DNA of 64,000 nucleotides from Squalus acanthias (Eukaryota): assembly GCA_030390025.1 (NCBI GenBank), contig CM059432.1, positions 107,572,001-107,636,000 of the forward strand. Reading direction: 5' to 3'. The notes under the pieces were generated by a model. That model was given only the letters and a program-made list of their open reading frames with translations. It did no database searches and was not told the origin of the DNA. A program made the position numbers and the translations under genes. Position 1 is the first letter of the stretch, and each line of letters opens with the position of its first letter. Of this stretch, positions 10,461 through 22,105 are shown piece after piece.

Positions 10461-11301
10461 TTCAGAAGAGAAAGGGAGTAAGAAAGGCAAGAATGAGAAT
10501 AAGAAGCAACCTCGCAGCCAGGAGGAGCTGAAATGTGTGCAGGACGATTCTGCGATCACAGCAGGCGTGACCTTACAGGGGGCACATCCCGTGAAATTGC
10601 GGGGCCCACAGCCCCTGATTTTAGAAGATGGGGGTCCCTGCTTGGTTTGCGAGATTAGCTCTAAAAGGGTTGGCCTGGCGATTCACTGCCTCAGCCTATC
10701 CAAACTGGGATTCTGATGGATCAGGAAGCAAACAGCAGTGACACATCCATCAAACTTAAACCTGTACAAACACACAACACAGGATATCAGGATGGCTGGG
10801 TCACAGGCGAAGGAAAACATACAGAATGCCTCAAATCAGTGACAAGAACACACACATCCCTCCAAAAATAAATTCTTTTCATCCTTCCATACGAATTCCA
10901 ATTTGATCAACTTAACGCTCAGGAGAATTGTGGCTCTGAATCCTGATTTAATTTAAACTAAATTACAAACACGTGTCATGAATAAGTGCTCTATTGTGTG
11001 AAGCCATTACATTTTTTTTAACTTACTTTTAATAGTCAACTGCTGTGAAATGACTAAAGTCAATTAATTTGTTTCCCCCCTTAAAACTGGTTTAACTAAT
11101 TATCTGTAGTGTGCACAGAATCTTACAGCACAGAAATAGGCCTTTCGGCCCATCATGCTTGTGCCAGTTCCTCGATAGTACTATCCAATAAGTCTTACTT
11201 CCCTGATCTTTCCCCATACCCCTGCTAATTTCTCCTTTTCAAGCATTTATCCAATTCCCTCGGTACTGCACTGAAGTGCCAGTTTGGATTATGTGCTCAT
11301 A

Positions 11302-11540
11302 GGGGTTGCCAATCTTCCAGGATTGTCCTGAGAGCAACCCAGTGGAAAAAAAATCATTGTGGCATTAAAAAAAATGGTGCGGGGTTTTTTTGTAATTGTC
11401 ATTGAACGCTTTTCATTTATTTGTTATAAAAATATTGGAGATGCAGCTGAAAAAAGGCTGTTTGGCCGAGTGGGGCGGTCGGAGGTGGGAGGTTATGTGG
11501 TTAAATCTCCAGGAATACGCCCAGCCAGAGTTGGCAACCC
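11302..11540. mobile_element. MITE with GGGTTGCCAA TIRs (hAT-like)
   Basis: gggttgccaa at 11303-11312 and ttggcaaccc at 11531-11540. No clear TSD. Confidence 0.6.
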
Positions 11541-11789
11541 AACCAGCACATCGCAACACAACCTGTCGAAGATGTTATGATGCGACTGCGTTGTGAAGGC
11601 GCAGTGAGCAACTTGTCACGGCGCCACCATGCGCAGGCGTTCCCTCACCACCGAGCTCACCAGCGATTCAGAGGCGGGCCAGCAGCGTGACCGGAATGTA
11701 AACTCCACCGTCACTTCCCAATGACTTCGCTGACAGTATGAAAAGGCCTAATTGTTAATTCAGCCACCTGACCAGTTCCAACAATTATC

Positions 11790-12003
11790 TGTCCTTGCCA
11801 ACATTGATCCCTCAACCAACACTTAAAACAGAAGATCTGGCCACTTACCTCATTGCTATTTGTGGGATCTTGCTGTGCACACATTGGTTGCCGTGTTTCC
11901 TACATTACAACAGTGATTACACTTCAAAGTACTTAATTGACTGTAAAGCACTTTGGCATGTCCCGAGGTTGTGAAAAACACTATATGAATGCAAGTCTTT
12001 CTT
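11790..12003 (+). mobile_element. DeuSINE (SacSINE1-like) 3' half
   Basis: Deu-domain-like cattgctatttgtgggatcttgctgtgcac and an L2-type tail ending gcaagtctttcttt. Confidence 0.75.
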
Positions 12004-13119
12004 TAACGCAACTGACTTTTGGATTTGTGATTACTGAGAGCCACTTACATACCAGCCTTCAGTTTGAATGGGGGGGGGGGGAAAGTACAATAAACCCATA
12101 GCAAGCACACACAATAGAACTTAGCAGAATCACACATCAGTCTCTCAGCAGACACTAGTTCCTTCTTGGCCAATTCAGCACATGCAGTCATGCTCAATAA
12201 ATTTTGGAATGTCACTGCAATTGCTCTTTGCTCAATGAATTTGAAAGGACAGTGTTCCCGAACAGTTGCTGAAGACACAAGAACAAAAACCCTGACATCA
12301 AAATGCCTTCCTCTGCAATTAGGCTGCAACATGTCAGGTTATCTCCACGGCGATCTTAATCATCGTTGTCTGCGATCACCAATAAAAGAGCCTGCTAAAT
12401 AAGGTCGTCCACTTTTAAACGGCACTAGTAAATTACTCGTGGTGTTGCCCAAAGTCAGCTGATGAATACAAGTTTTCCTTCTGCACAGGAAGGTGGCAAA
12501 GTTGGGAGAAAGACTTCAGAAACGTGCTCTGCAGAGTTACTTAGTGGCTAGAGCCTGCAACTACAGTGTGACAGTTGACACAGCAAAACCGAAGGGGAAA
12601 TACTGACACAGCAAGTTACACTGATAAATGTTGACAGAAAAGAGGGGATGGAAATGTTGTGCCCTACATAAGATTTTTAATAATCTATAAATGAGGAAAC
12701 AAGAACAGAGATCTGTGTTTAAAACTGGGTTTCCTTCAAACCCTCTTCACTCTCAAAACAAAACTGCCTAAAATTTGACTAATTAGATTTTACCAGTGTC
12801 AGTAGCCGTATATTTTTTTAATTTACTTTTTTATTCCTTTGGCATGCCAGAATATTCTGCTGTAAATTCCCCTCATAAAACTCCTAGTCAATTTAATACC
12901 GCTGAGTAAAACCAACTCATATACTTAACAACCCAGTGACGATCTTCTAACCACTTAACATATTGCGGCCAAATGAAACAAAGTTATTTGTGTAATCTAG
13001 AATGATCCGTATGCTGTTATTATATAGAACATACTGAACAAAGTCTGCAACATCTCATAACATCAGTTGAGCTAAGTTGTGAAGTTTGGTTAAGATTACA
13101 TTACGTTTAAATCGTCCTT

Positions 13120-13360
13120 TTATTTATTCTTGGGATGTTTACGAGGCAGTATTTATTGCCCATCCCCAGTTGCCCTCTGAGGGCTTTAAGAGTCAACAAT
13201 GTAGTGTGGGACTAGAGTCACATGTAGGCCCGGATTTTATAGGTTCCCTCCCTGAAGGACATTAGTGAACCCACTGGAATTTTTCCAACAGTCCAAGATC
13301 CCACATTTATTGACTTAAATTTCAAATCTTACCATGGTGAGGGTGGAGTTCACAACCTCT
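13120..13360 (-). mobile_element. SINE B, short degenerate copy
   Basis: The family-B LINE tail (atttattgcccatcccc) is joined directly to the body (ttaagagtcaac...ccctgaaggacattagtgaac). Confidence 0.65.
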
Positions 13361-13361
13361 A

Positions 13362-13795
13362 CCGTTAGCCTTGGCTCAGTGGTAGCACTCTCGTCTGAGT
13401 CAGAAGCTTGTGCGTGGAGGCCCCGACTTGAACACAAAATCTAGGCTGACACTTCAGTGCAGTACTGAGGGAGTACTGTGCTGTTGAAGGTGCCGTCTTT
13501 CGGATGAGACGTTAGACCGAGGCCGCGTCTGCCCTCTCAGGTGGACGTAAAAGATCCATGGCACTATGTTGAGGAATAGCAGGGAAGTTCTCCCCGGTGT
13601 CCTGGACAATATTTATCCCTCAACCAACATCATTAAAACAGATTATCTGGTCATTATCACATTGCTGTTTGTGGGAGCTTGCTGTGCGCAAATTGGCTGC
13701 CACGTTTCCTATGTTACAACAGTGACTACACTTCAAAAAGTACTTCATTGGCTGTAAAGCGCTTTGGGACGTCCTGTGGTTGTGAAAGGTGCTAG
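13362..13795 (+). mobile_element. DeuSINE (SacSINE1-like), near full length
   Basis: tRNA head (gccttggctcagtggtagcactc), Deu domain and L2-type tail. Confidence 0.85.
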
Positions 13796-14909
13796 GTGAA
13801 GAAAAGTACGGAGTTTCCCAACATCCTGGTCAACATTCCTCCCTCAACCACCATGAGCAGAAACAGGCTGAATGGGCATTCCTCTTTGGGAAACATCGCT
13901 AGCACAGAATGGTTGTGACAAAGAACTCCAAAGGGAACAGAAGAAATCTGAATTCCCTGCCTCTTGCTACAGTGCAGCCAGTAGTAGGCACTGAGCAGCA
14001 GGAGGGACAAAAGGCCCCGGGGAAGTGCTCGAGGTCATTTTTATGCAAGAAAGGTAACATCATAAAATCACACTCCTGGTGGAGAGCCTCGCCGGCCGGG
14101 AGCACGCATCAGAAATTCAGGAGCGTAATTTCCTCGATGTTCCCTCCATAATGGAGTGTGCACCACGATCCCTGGATACGTGCTCCCAGCAGATAGGGCT
14201 CCATGTCTGGGAGTGTGATTTTGTAAAGCAACCCCTAAAACCTTTACACCAGCACACTGAATCCTTCAACAACTTCATTCACTATGGGAGTGTGAGGCAT
14301 TAATCATTTTATTAAAGTGCAGGAAAAGCGGGCCCTCTCACCCAATACCCCCCGCAGTGTTCCACATGTCGGTGCTGTTCCGCTACATTCCAGTGCCAGA
14401 GATGGTTTGATTTACTATGTTTGAGGAGGAAGTATTTCCGAACTGCGCGCTCAAAAAAGCAGAAAGAACAATACGTTTAATTTTCATCGGCAAGGGGACT
14501 CACGGGAGTTGCCACGGAAATGAGCACTCGCTGGCTGTCGTGTGCATTCCAAATGTCTCTTCATGCAGTGGGATCGTCTGAGGACTGGAAACTGTGCTCC
14601 CAATTACCACAATCCTCCTGACCAATTATTAATCGGGAACAGACCCGGTGGGAAACTATAACTGTTACTTAATTAGAGTCCCACTTTCAAACAGCTACCT
14701 CTCAAGGAAGATCCTGGACGCAGGTCAGAGAGTCAGGACTGTTGTAATCCTATCTCCATCCTGTGCTCCCTCTGAGCATGTTTGTCTCGCTGGGAGCGTG
14801 GGATTGCCCCTCAGATTCCATTCTATGGGAGATTATTGTGCACTAATCACCTTCTCAGACTAGGGACATAAAGATGTATTCATGCTTTACATCACACTTT
14901 AACCATAGG

Positions 14910-15293
14910 TGTCAGCCGTGGCTCAGTGGTGGCACTAGTGGTGGCACTCTTTCCCCCGACTCAGAAGGTTGTGGGTTCAAGTCCCCGCTCACCCTTCAGA
15001 GACTTGGACACATAATCAAGGTGACACACCAGTACACCACTGAGGGAGTGCTGCACTTTCGAAGGTGCCGTCCACCCTTTCAAGTGGACGTAAAAGATCC
15101 CATGACCCTATTCAACGAAGAGCAGGGAAGTTGTCCCTGGTGTCCTGGCCAATATTACTCCCTCAACCAACACCTAAAACAAATTATCTGGTCATTATCA
15201 CATTGCTGTTTGTGGGACCTTGCTGTGTGCAAATTGGCTGCCGAATTTCCTTCATTACAAGTGAATACACCTCAAAAATTATTTCATTGGCTC
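14910..15293 (+). mobile_element. DeuSINE (SacSINE1-like)
   Basis: gtcagccgtggctcagtgg...gggttcaagtccc A/B boxes and a Deu domain. Confidence 0.85.
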
Positions 15294-15674
15294 CTTAAGA
15301 GGAGCACAGCAAGAGTTAAAATCTCCTGGGCCTCACATTCCTGGGGGGCCGAATGTACTCCATCCTCTTTATGCTCCGCATCCCCGATTCCCCCAACCCC
15401 CAAGATGAAATCAGGGATCGAGTCTCTGTTAATGAAAAGGAAGGACTGTATCCTACTGCCTTAAATAAATTGCCTTCTTAACTGCGCAAGTATTTTGCAA
15501 TATTAATATAATTAATTAGTTAATATAATCAAACAAATCCCTCAAATGAGAGGGAGCATACTCTCAATGTTCTTCGTTATCCCGACTGGAATCCTCTTCC
15601 TGATGACTCTCCACTGAGATTCTTTTATCCATTTGTCAGCTGTACTCATTCATTGCATTGATGATGCTGTAAAG

Positions 15675-16583
15675 TGCCAGTTTGGCTCAGTAGGCAGTCT
15701 CTGTGAGAAGGTCATGGGATCGACTCCCACTCCGGTGGAGACTTGAGCACATAATCTAGACTGGCACTTGAGTGCAGTACTGAGAGAATGCTGCACTGTT
15801 GCAGGTGCTGATTTTCGGATGAGATGTTAAATCGAGGCCCCGTTTGCTCTCTCAGGTGGATGTAAAAGATCCCATGGCACTATTTCAAGAAGAGCAGGGA
15901 AGTTCTCCTCAGTGTCCTGGCCAATATTTATCCTTCAACCAACATCACTAAAACACTAAAAGGAAAGAACTTGAAACAGTAGCTTGTCACGGCCTTAGGA
16001 CATCCCACAGTGCTTCACGTCCACGAGTTAATTTTTCAAGTGCAGTCAAATGTTGTTATGTAAACAACAACAAGCTGGCAGCTGTCCTTCATTCTGCCAG
16101 TGGATTTCACACTTCTTTCAGCCTTAACCTGTCACATCAACACCACCTCTTGCCTTGCATATCTCTTAATGTCTCTTAATGTCTCTTTATCTCTCCTTTT
16201 GTTCCTTTATCCCCTCCCCCTTTTCCCAGCTTTATCCTGGCCTTAAATCTATTTGATTTCCGGCTCTTTCCAGTTCTGATGAAAGGTCATCGACCTGAAA
16301 CGTTAACTCTCTTTCTCTCTCCATGGATGTTGTCTGGCCTGCTGAGTTTTTCCAGCGTTTTCTGTTGTTATTTCGGATTTCCAGCATCCGCAGTACTTTG
16401 CTATCGTATCACTAAAACATCAACTGGTCATGTGCTGTTTATGGGATCTTACTGTGCACAAATTGGCCAGCATATTTGTTTACATAACAACATTTGACTG
16501 CACTTGAAAAATTAACTCGTGGACGTGAAGCACTGTGGGATGTCCTAAGGCCGTGACAAGCTACTGTTTCAAGTTCTTTCCTT
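15675..16583 (+). mobile_element. DeuSINE interrupted at 15956-16407 by a Penelope terminus plus an inverted flank copy
   Basis: SINE 5' part runs to 15955 and resumes at 16408. 12-bp TSD atcactaaaaca at 15944-15955 and 16408-16419. Confidence 0.8.
16272..16308 (+). ncRNA. Minimal type I hammerhead ribozyme motif in a Penelope terminal repeat
   Basis: agtt-CTGATGA-aaggtc atc gacct-GAAA-cg-TT-aact: conserved core, stem I agtt/aact, stem II aggtc/gacct, and palindromic AACGTT in place of stem III. Confidence 0.75.
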
Positions 16584-17099
16584 CTACACATGATACACAA
16601 TTCTACTCATAACAAAGCCAATCAAATAAATCCATCTACTCAGCGCAGCACAAGGAAACTAACAATTGTGATTAATCACTTTCCACCATGTTTTCATCCT
16701 GATATTGGAATTGCTACCAAGTGCTGAGGAAGTCATGGGGCATGTGAGGTTTAAAAGGATACTCCCCTCCTGTTGGGGAAACAAATGCAGCTGGTAGCCG
16801 TTAAAAACTGGCTCTAATCCCAGAGCGAACAATGGAATTTTAACCACTTCGGATTTTTATGAATCAGACCACAGCAGCAAGTATGCATTGAACTCAAGGG
16901 GGCAGTCTGAATGGTACGAGGCTACGGTTGGTATTTACAGTTACACTACCAGTCCCAGCAGGAATCAATAAAAACTCCATCACGTCAACAACCCACAGCA
17001 ACCTTACATTGCTGCTAATGGAAGGGGTTCAACGTTCATCAGCCATTAGCATCATGGATGAACCGTGGCAATATATCTGTCACACCAGTTAAACCTTCA

Positions 17100-17487
17100 T
17101 AAATCTAGGCTGACACTCCAGTGCAGAGCTGAGGGAGTGCTGCACTGTCAGAGGTGCCGTCTTTCGGATGAGATGTTAAACCGAGGCCCCGTCTGCTCTC
17201 TCAGGTGGACGTAAAAGATCTCATGGCACTATTTCAAAGAAGAGCAGGGGAGTTATCCCTGGTGTCCTGGTCAATATTTATCCCTCAACCAATTTAACAA
17301 AAAAAAAACATTATCTGGTCATTATCACATTGCTGTTTGTGGGAGCTTGCTGTGCGCAAATTGGCTGCCGCGTTTCCCACATTACAACAGTGACTCCACT
17401 TCAAAAATACTTAATTGGCTGTAAAGCGCTTTGAGACATCCAGTGGTCGTGAAAGGCGCTATATAAATGCAAGTCTTTCTTTTTCTT
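17100..17487 (+). mobile_element. DeuSINE (SacSINE1-like), 5'-truncated
   Basis: Well-conserved body and tail gaaaggcgctatataaatgcaagtctttct. Confidence 0.88.
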
Positions 17488-17547
17488 TCATCTCAAGTAT
17501 CTTACTGACTCAGTTGGGCTAAATACAGCATTATGCTCAGATGTCAT

Positions 17548-18468
17548 CCGTGGCACAGTGGTTGCACTCGCGCCTCAGAAGGTCGTGGGTTCAAGTCTCA
17601 CTCCAGAGACTTGAGCACATAATCTAGGCCGACACTTCAATGCAGTCGGGGAGTGCTGCACTGTTGGAGGTGCCATCTTTCGGCTAAGATGTTAAACCGA
17701 AGCCCCGTCTGCACTCTCAGACGGATGTAAAAGATTCCATGACATAATTTTGAAGAAGTGTCCTGAGCAATATTTATCCCTCAACCAACATCACTCAAAC
17801 AGATTACCTGTTCATTGTGTCATTGTTGTTTAGGAGACCTTGCTATATGCAAATTAACTTCTGTGTTTCCCAACATTACAAGAAGTGACAACATTTCAAA
17901 AGTACTTATACAAAAGCAGAATACTGCGGATGCTGGAAATCTGAAAGATTCACTGCCACTTCTCTTATAGGAATGCCCACCTTGAAGAAGTTCTGCTCTT
18001 CTCTCCGACGGGATTTCTGTCTGTCTCTTTTACCTTGTTCATCTTCATTGCTTTCTGTTTCCCTTCTCGTGTTTGATCAGGTATCTACCAAAACTCACAT
18101 CTTTTGTTACTTAACTTGTCCCATTATCATCTCCTTTTGCCTTGCACCATCATCCCTTTTGTCTCTTAATCTCTCCTGCCTTCCATCCTATCACAGACCT
18201 TCCCTTTTGTTCTTTCCTCCCCTCCCCCCTCTCCCTGCCCCTACACTTGCTTAAAAACCTGTTACATCTCCAACTTTTTCCAGTTCTGATGAAGGGTCAT
18301 CGACCTGAAACGTTAACTCTGTTTCTCTCTCCACAGATGCTGCCTGACCTGCTGAGTATTTCCAGCATTTTCTGTTTTTATTTCAAAAGTACTTCATTGG
18401 CTGTAAAGCGCTTTGGGACGTCCTAGGGCTGGGAAAGGCACTATATAAATTCAAGTTCTTTCTTTCTT
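17548..18468 (+). mobile_element. DeuSINE interrupted by a Penelope fragment (17908-18379)
   Basis: 15-bp duplication atttcaaaagtactt at 17893-17907 and 18380-18394. The insert starts with an inverted piece of the Penelope terminus (caaaagcagaatactgcggatgctggaaatctgaa). Confidence 0.8.
18282..18318 (+). ncRNA. Minimal hammerhead ribozyme motif (Penelope)
   Basis: agttCTGATGAagggtcatcgacctGAAAcgTTaact. Confidence 0.75.
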
Positions 18469-19278
18469 TGTCTTACGATGCATTTACACCACAGTGAAAA
18501 GCGGGTTTTGATTATACTCGTGGAGTGTAAATTGGGTATTGAGGTCCAAACTGGCTCCGGATGGAAGCGGAATGAGATTCTCTCCTCCAGGGAGCCTCAC
18601 AGCACTTTGTTCCAGTGTCAGTTTGGGTCCTCGCACTGGATTCAGGCTGCGTTTACATTTTGGGTTTGAAAACAGCAATATGTCCTCCAGGGAGTCTTAC
18701 TCCACTTTGTTGCAGTGATGTGTTTACAGAGTTCCCAGGGAGGAGTAGCGTGTGCAGGAAACACCCAGCCAGCCCACAGCATTCGAGTATCCATCCATTA
18801 ATTTAAATGGGTAGAAAATCAGGCCTTTGATTTCCCTGTGAGCACTGTGCCTCACTGGGAAACCCCAATCAGGGGAATTAGCTCTTATATCTACATAAGG
18901 CCTGGGATCAAGTTACCCACTCATTCCCTCAGCCACAACATGGTGCAAGTAGACCAGGGAAGGGTTCAAATGGAAGTCTTAGCGTAGAACTCCTGATACT
19001 CTGTCAACTGGAAGCCTATCAAACTGCAGTTACATATAGCCAATCCTGGTGCCCATTTACACCTGACAGGTGTGATAGGAAGAAAGCTAAACTCTCTCTC
19101 CTTTCATACATGAAGTGCCTACAAACAATGGGACAGTGCTGCTTTCAAAACTTCAGAAATTGATGGAGTTTGGACTCATCTAGTGAAAAAGGGGCAGCAT
19201 GGTGCAGGGAGAGAGTTCCAGAGAGCAGGGCTGAGTTGGCTGAAGAATCTCAAACCAATGGGGTTAAAGAGAAACGTA

Positions 19279-20393
19279 GATCTCGATTTTAACTCCCCCC
19301 CGCCTGGTGGAAACCAGGCAAAGGGGGAAGTTAAAATGGAGTGGAGGACTTACCCACTCCTTTCCCACCCCGATCTGATCCCGCCCCAAGCCGGTGGGGT
19401 TCGCTTTAAATATGCAGATCGAGCTGCGATGATGTCATCTTTAACTGGAGGCTTGAGTGGGGGAGCAGTGATGGCTCCTCCCCCCTTCCAGGCCAAACCT
19501 GCCATGAGCGGGATCGCGAGCCAGAGGAGGCCCAGGCTGGTGTGTATTTAAAAACATTTTTAGGTTTCTTTGTGGGCCAGGAGGAGCAGGGCTTTCCCCG
19601 TGCTTCTGCTCCCCGCCCCCCCACCCCCAATTCCGATTGCCACCCCCCCCCCCCAATCACCCTCCTTCACCATGTATCTGACTGCCAGGGTCCGTTCCTG
19701 CGGGTTCCCAGCTGAGGTCTCCTGCCGCCTGAATTCCCACTCCCACCCGCCGGCCAGGTTTGGCAGGAGTCACCATGTCAGCCTCTTGCTCACCCAAGCA
19801 ACCCGCATGAAACGATATTGCCTCATGATAAAGTCGGTGATCCAGGGCCAGAGGGTCGGAGCAGCGTAGAGCGTGCTGCCAGTGCCAGCTGCGAACAGGC
19901 TGGAGCCATTTTGAAGCCAGGGCCTCATTTGAATAAAATGCCAAACGGGCGTTCTCAAGCAGCTCACCAAATGGGGCTGGTGCAACATCTGGCGGCCCAG
20001 CGGCTGCACAGCTGGTAGCACGGTAAGTCCTTGGGGAGGGCGGAGCTTCACCATTGCAGAGGGGGAAGGGAGCCCGGGGCTGCAGCACTCCTGGTCCTGC
20101 GAAAGTCATTTGAAACTTAGCCTTTTTGGGGCCTCTCCAGCAGTATCTCCCGTAAAACTGCGCGGAGCCTGCACGGCAATTGCCCAATGTACGTCTTCGA
20201 ACCCCGATTTGCATATTAAACAGAGGGTCTGCTGCCTGTGACAGGCGACCACTCTGGCCACCTAGTGGTAGGCATCCTTCAAGATGGCCGCGGTGGGATG
20301 GGCGGCATGAGAGGGCCAGTAAATGACATGCAGCTACATTAGCGCTAGCTACTGCCATGTTTATGCTGGCCGTGCCAAGTTAAAATCTACCCC
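19279..20393. mobile_element. GC-rich Harbinger-type MITE
   Basis: Ends gatctcgattttaact and agttaaaatctacccc. TSD not preserved. Confidence 0.6.
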
Positions 20394-21004
20394 AATGTGT
20401 TGGGCACAGCGAGCCAATGCACTCCATGAGGGATGGGGCGATGGGTAAGTAGGACTCAACGTTGGTTGGGAAGCAGGCAGCAGAGTTTAAGGAAGGCGGG
20501 AGCAGGAGCCTAGCAAGGGAGTTGGGCATCATCATACATTTGGAAGCTGCCGGGCTGCCTACAGCTACGGGCTAGTGAACAGAAGCAGAAACACGGGCAT
20601 TTTGATTTCCTCCACCAGCCCAAGGGCACCAGAGCCGACTGCCATGCCCCAACTGGCTCCCTGTCCAGGATCAGCTACTACAGCACAGATTGGGGATCCA
20701 GCGTGGGCCCTTCCTAGTCTGCTTTGGTTCAGTACCACATATATGGGGCAATCAGAAGCCTTATTTAGCAATGGCCTGTTGCAGTCTCAATCTACAAGTT
20801 TAAATACACAAGGGTGGGGGGATTTTCGACGTCCACCCACCACGGGAGTGAAGTTGGTGACTCGGCCGCGCTGCCTGTCCAAAGCCGGCATTGGGAGCTC
20901 AGAACCATTTCCAGGGACAGGCTTCATCTGAATGGCAAGCTGCGAGCGCCAATCAGGCACACCACTGTGGGAGGGTGGGTAATCACTGAGCTGACAGGCT
21001 GGTC

Positions 21005-21175
21005 GTGCTCGGGCAGGGGGAAGGGGACAATCCCTGGGGTGAGGTGCGTGGGACAAGCACGGGCAGGCAGCATATCATAGAATGATAGAAATTTATGATT
21101 CTATGATATGCTGCCTGCCCGTGCTTGTCCCCCGCACCTCACCCCAGGGATTGTCCCCTTCCCCTGCCCGAGCAC
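21005..21175. repeat. Near-perfect palindrome, ~79-bp arms and 14-nt loop, within a GC-rich MITE-like segment (~20815-21565)
   Basis: gtgctcgggcagg...gcagcatatcatagaat (21005-21083) is the reverse complement of attctatgatatgctgc...cctgcccgagcac (21098-21175), with few differences. Confidence 0.95.
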
Positions 21176-21677
21176 TACTGGCCGTGCCGGCTCAGTGTAA
21201 GGCCCAGCTGATTACACCGCAGCACTCCTGTTCCTCCTGGCCCCACAAAATTAAAAGGGTGAAAAAGTTTTGGGTGCCCTCTCCGGAGGTCCTTTTAAGG
21301 ACCTTAGGTTAGGCCGGTCACCGCTCGGTACAAATTGGCAGTGCACAGGCAGGCGAACACGCCACCTATTTGTACGACAACGACGTAGGACCCCGATTTG
21401 CATATTTAGAAGCCTCCTGCCTATCAGAGGCAGGCCTGCTGTTTACCAAATTACAGGCCTGCCTGAAAACTGCATCAAGCCAGCCTTGGCCGTCCAAGGC
21501 ACAGCTGAGGTCCCCTCCGATCTTCAACTGTTGAAAGCCGCCCCCAGTGACTGAAATCGTGCTCTCATAGCAAAAATATATACATCTGTGCTCTACCAAT
21601 GACCGAGTGATAGCTCAGTGGTCATATCTTTAAATCCAATTGTGTCTGCCCGTAGGAACATTCTCCATCACTTAGGT

Positions 21678-22105
21678 GGGTACGGTAGTGTGGTGGTTAT
21701 GTTACTCAACTATTAATCCAGAGAATGTGAGTTCATAATCCCAGCATGAGCAGTTTGAGAATTTTAATTCACTTTTCATCAAAAGCTGGTATCAGTAAAA
21801 TTGACCATGAAGCTGTTGCATTGTCGTGTCAACACAACTCGTTCACTAATGTCCTTTAGGGAAGGAAACCTGCCATCCTTACTCCGTCTGGCCTATATGT
21901 GACTCCAGTCCCACACCAACCTGGGACTGCCCTCTGAAGTGATCTAGAAAACCACTCTGTTGTATCAAAACCACTGCAAAGAATAACAAGAATCGCCACA
22001 TGGACCAGAGCAGTTCAAGAAGGCCCACCACCACCTTCTCAGGGTGACTGGGGATGGGTAAGAAATGCTGGCTTTGCCAGCGATGCCCACATACCCAGAA
22101 CGAAA
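21678..22105 (+). mobile_element. SINE B, full length (tRNA head, body, family-B LINE tail)
   Basis: Head ggtagtgtggtggttatgttact...gagttcataatccc. Body gttcactaatgtcctttagggaaggaaa. Tail gttcaagaaggcccaccaccaccttctc...ttgccagcgatgcccacat matches 5040-5120. Confidence 0.8.

Noticed and set aside
13362..13440. tRNA genes
   Set aside because: All tRNA-like A/B-box segments are SINE heads followed by SINE bodies, with no complete cloverleaf.
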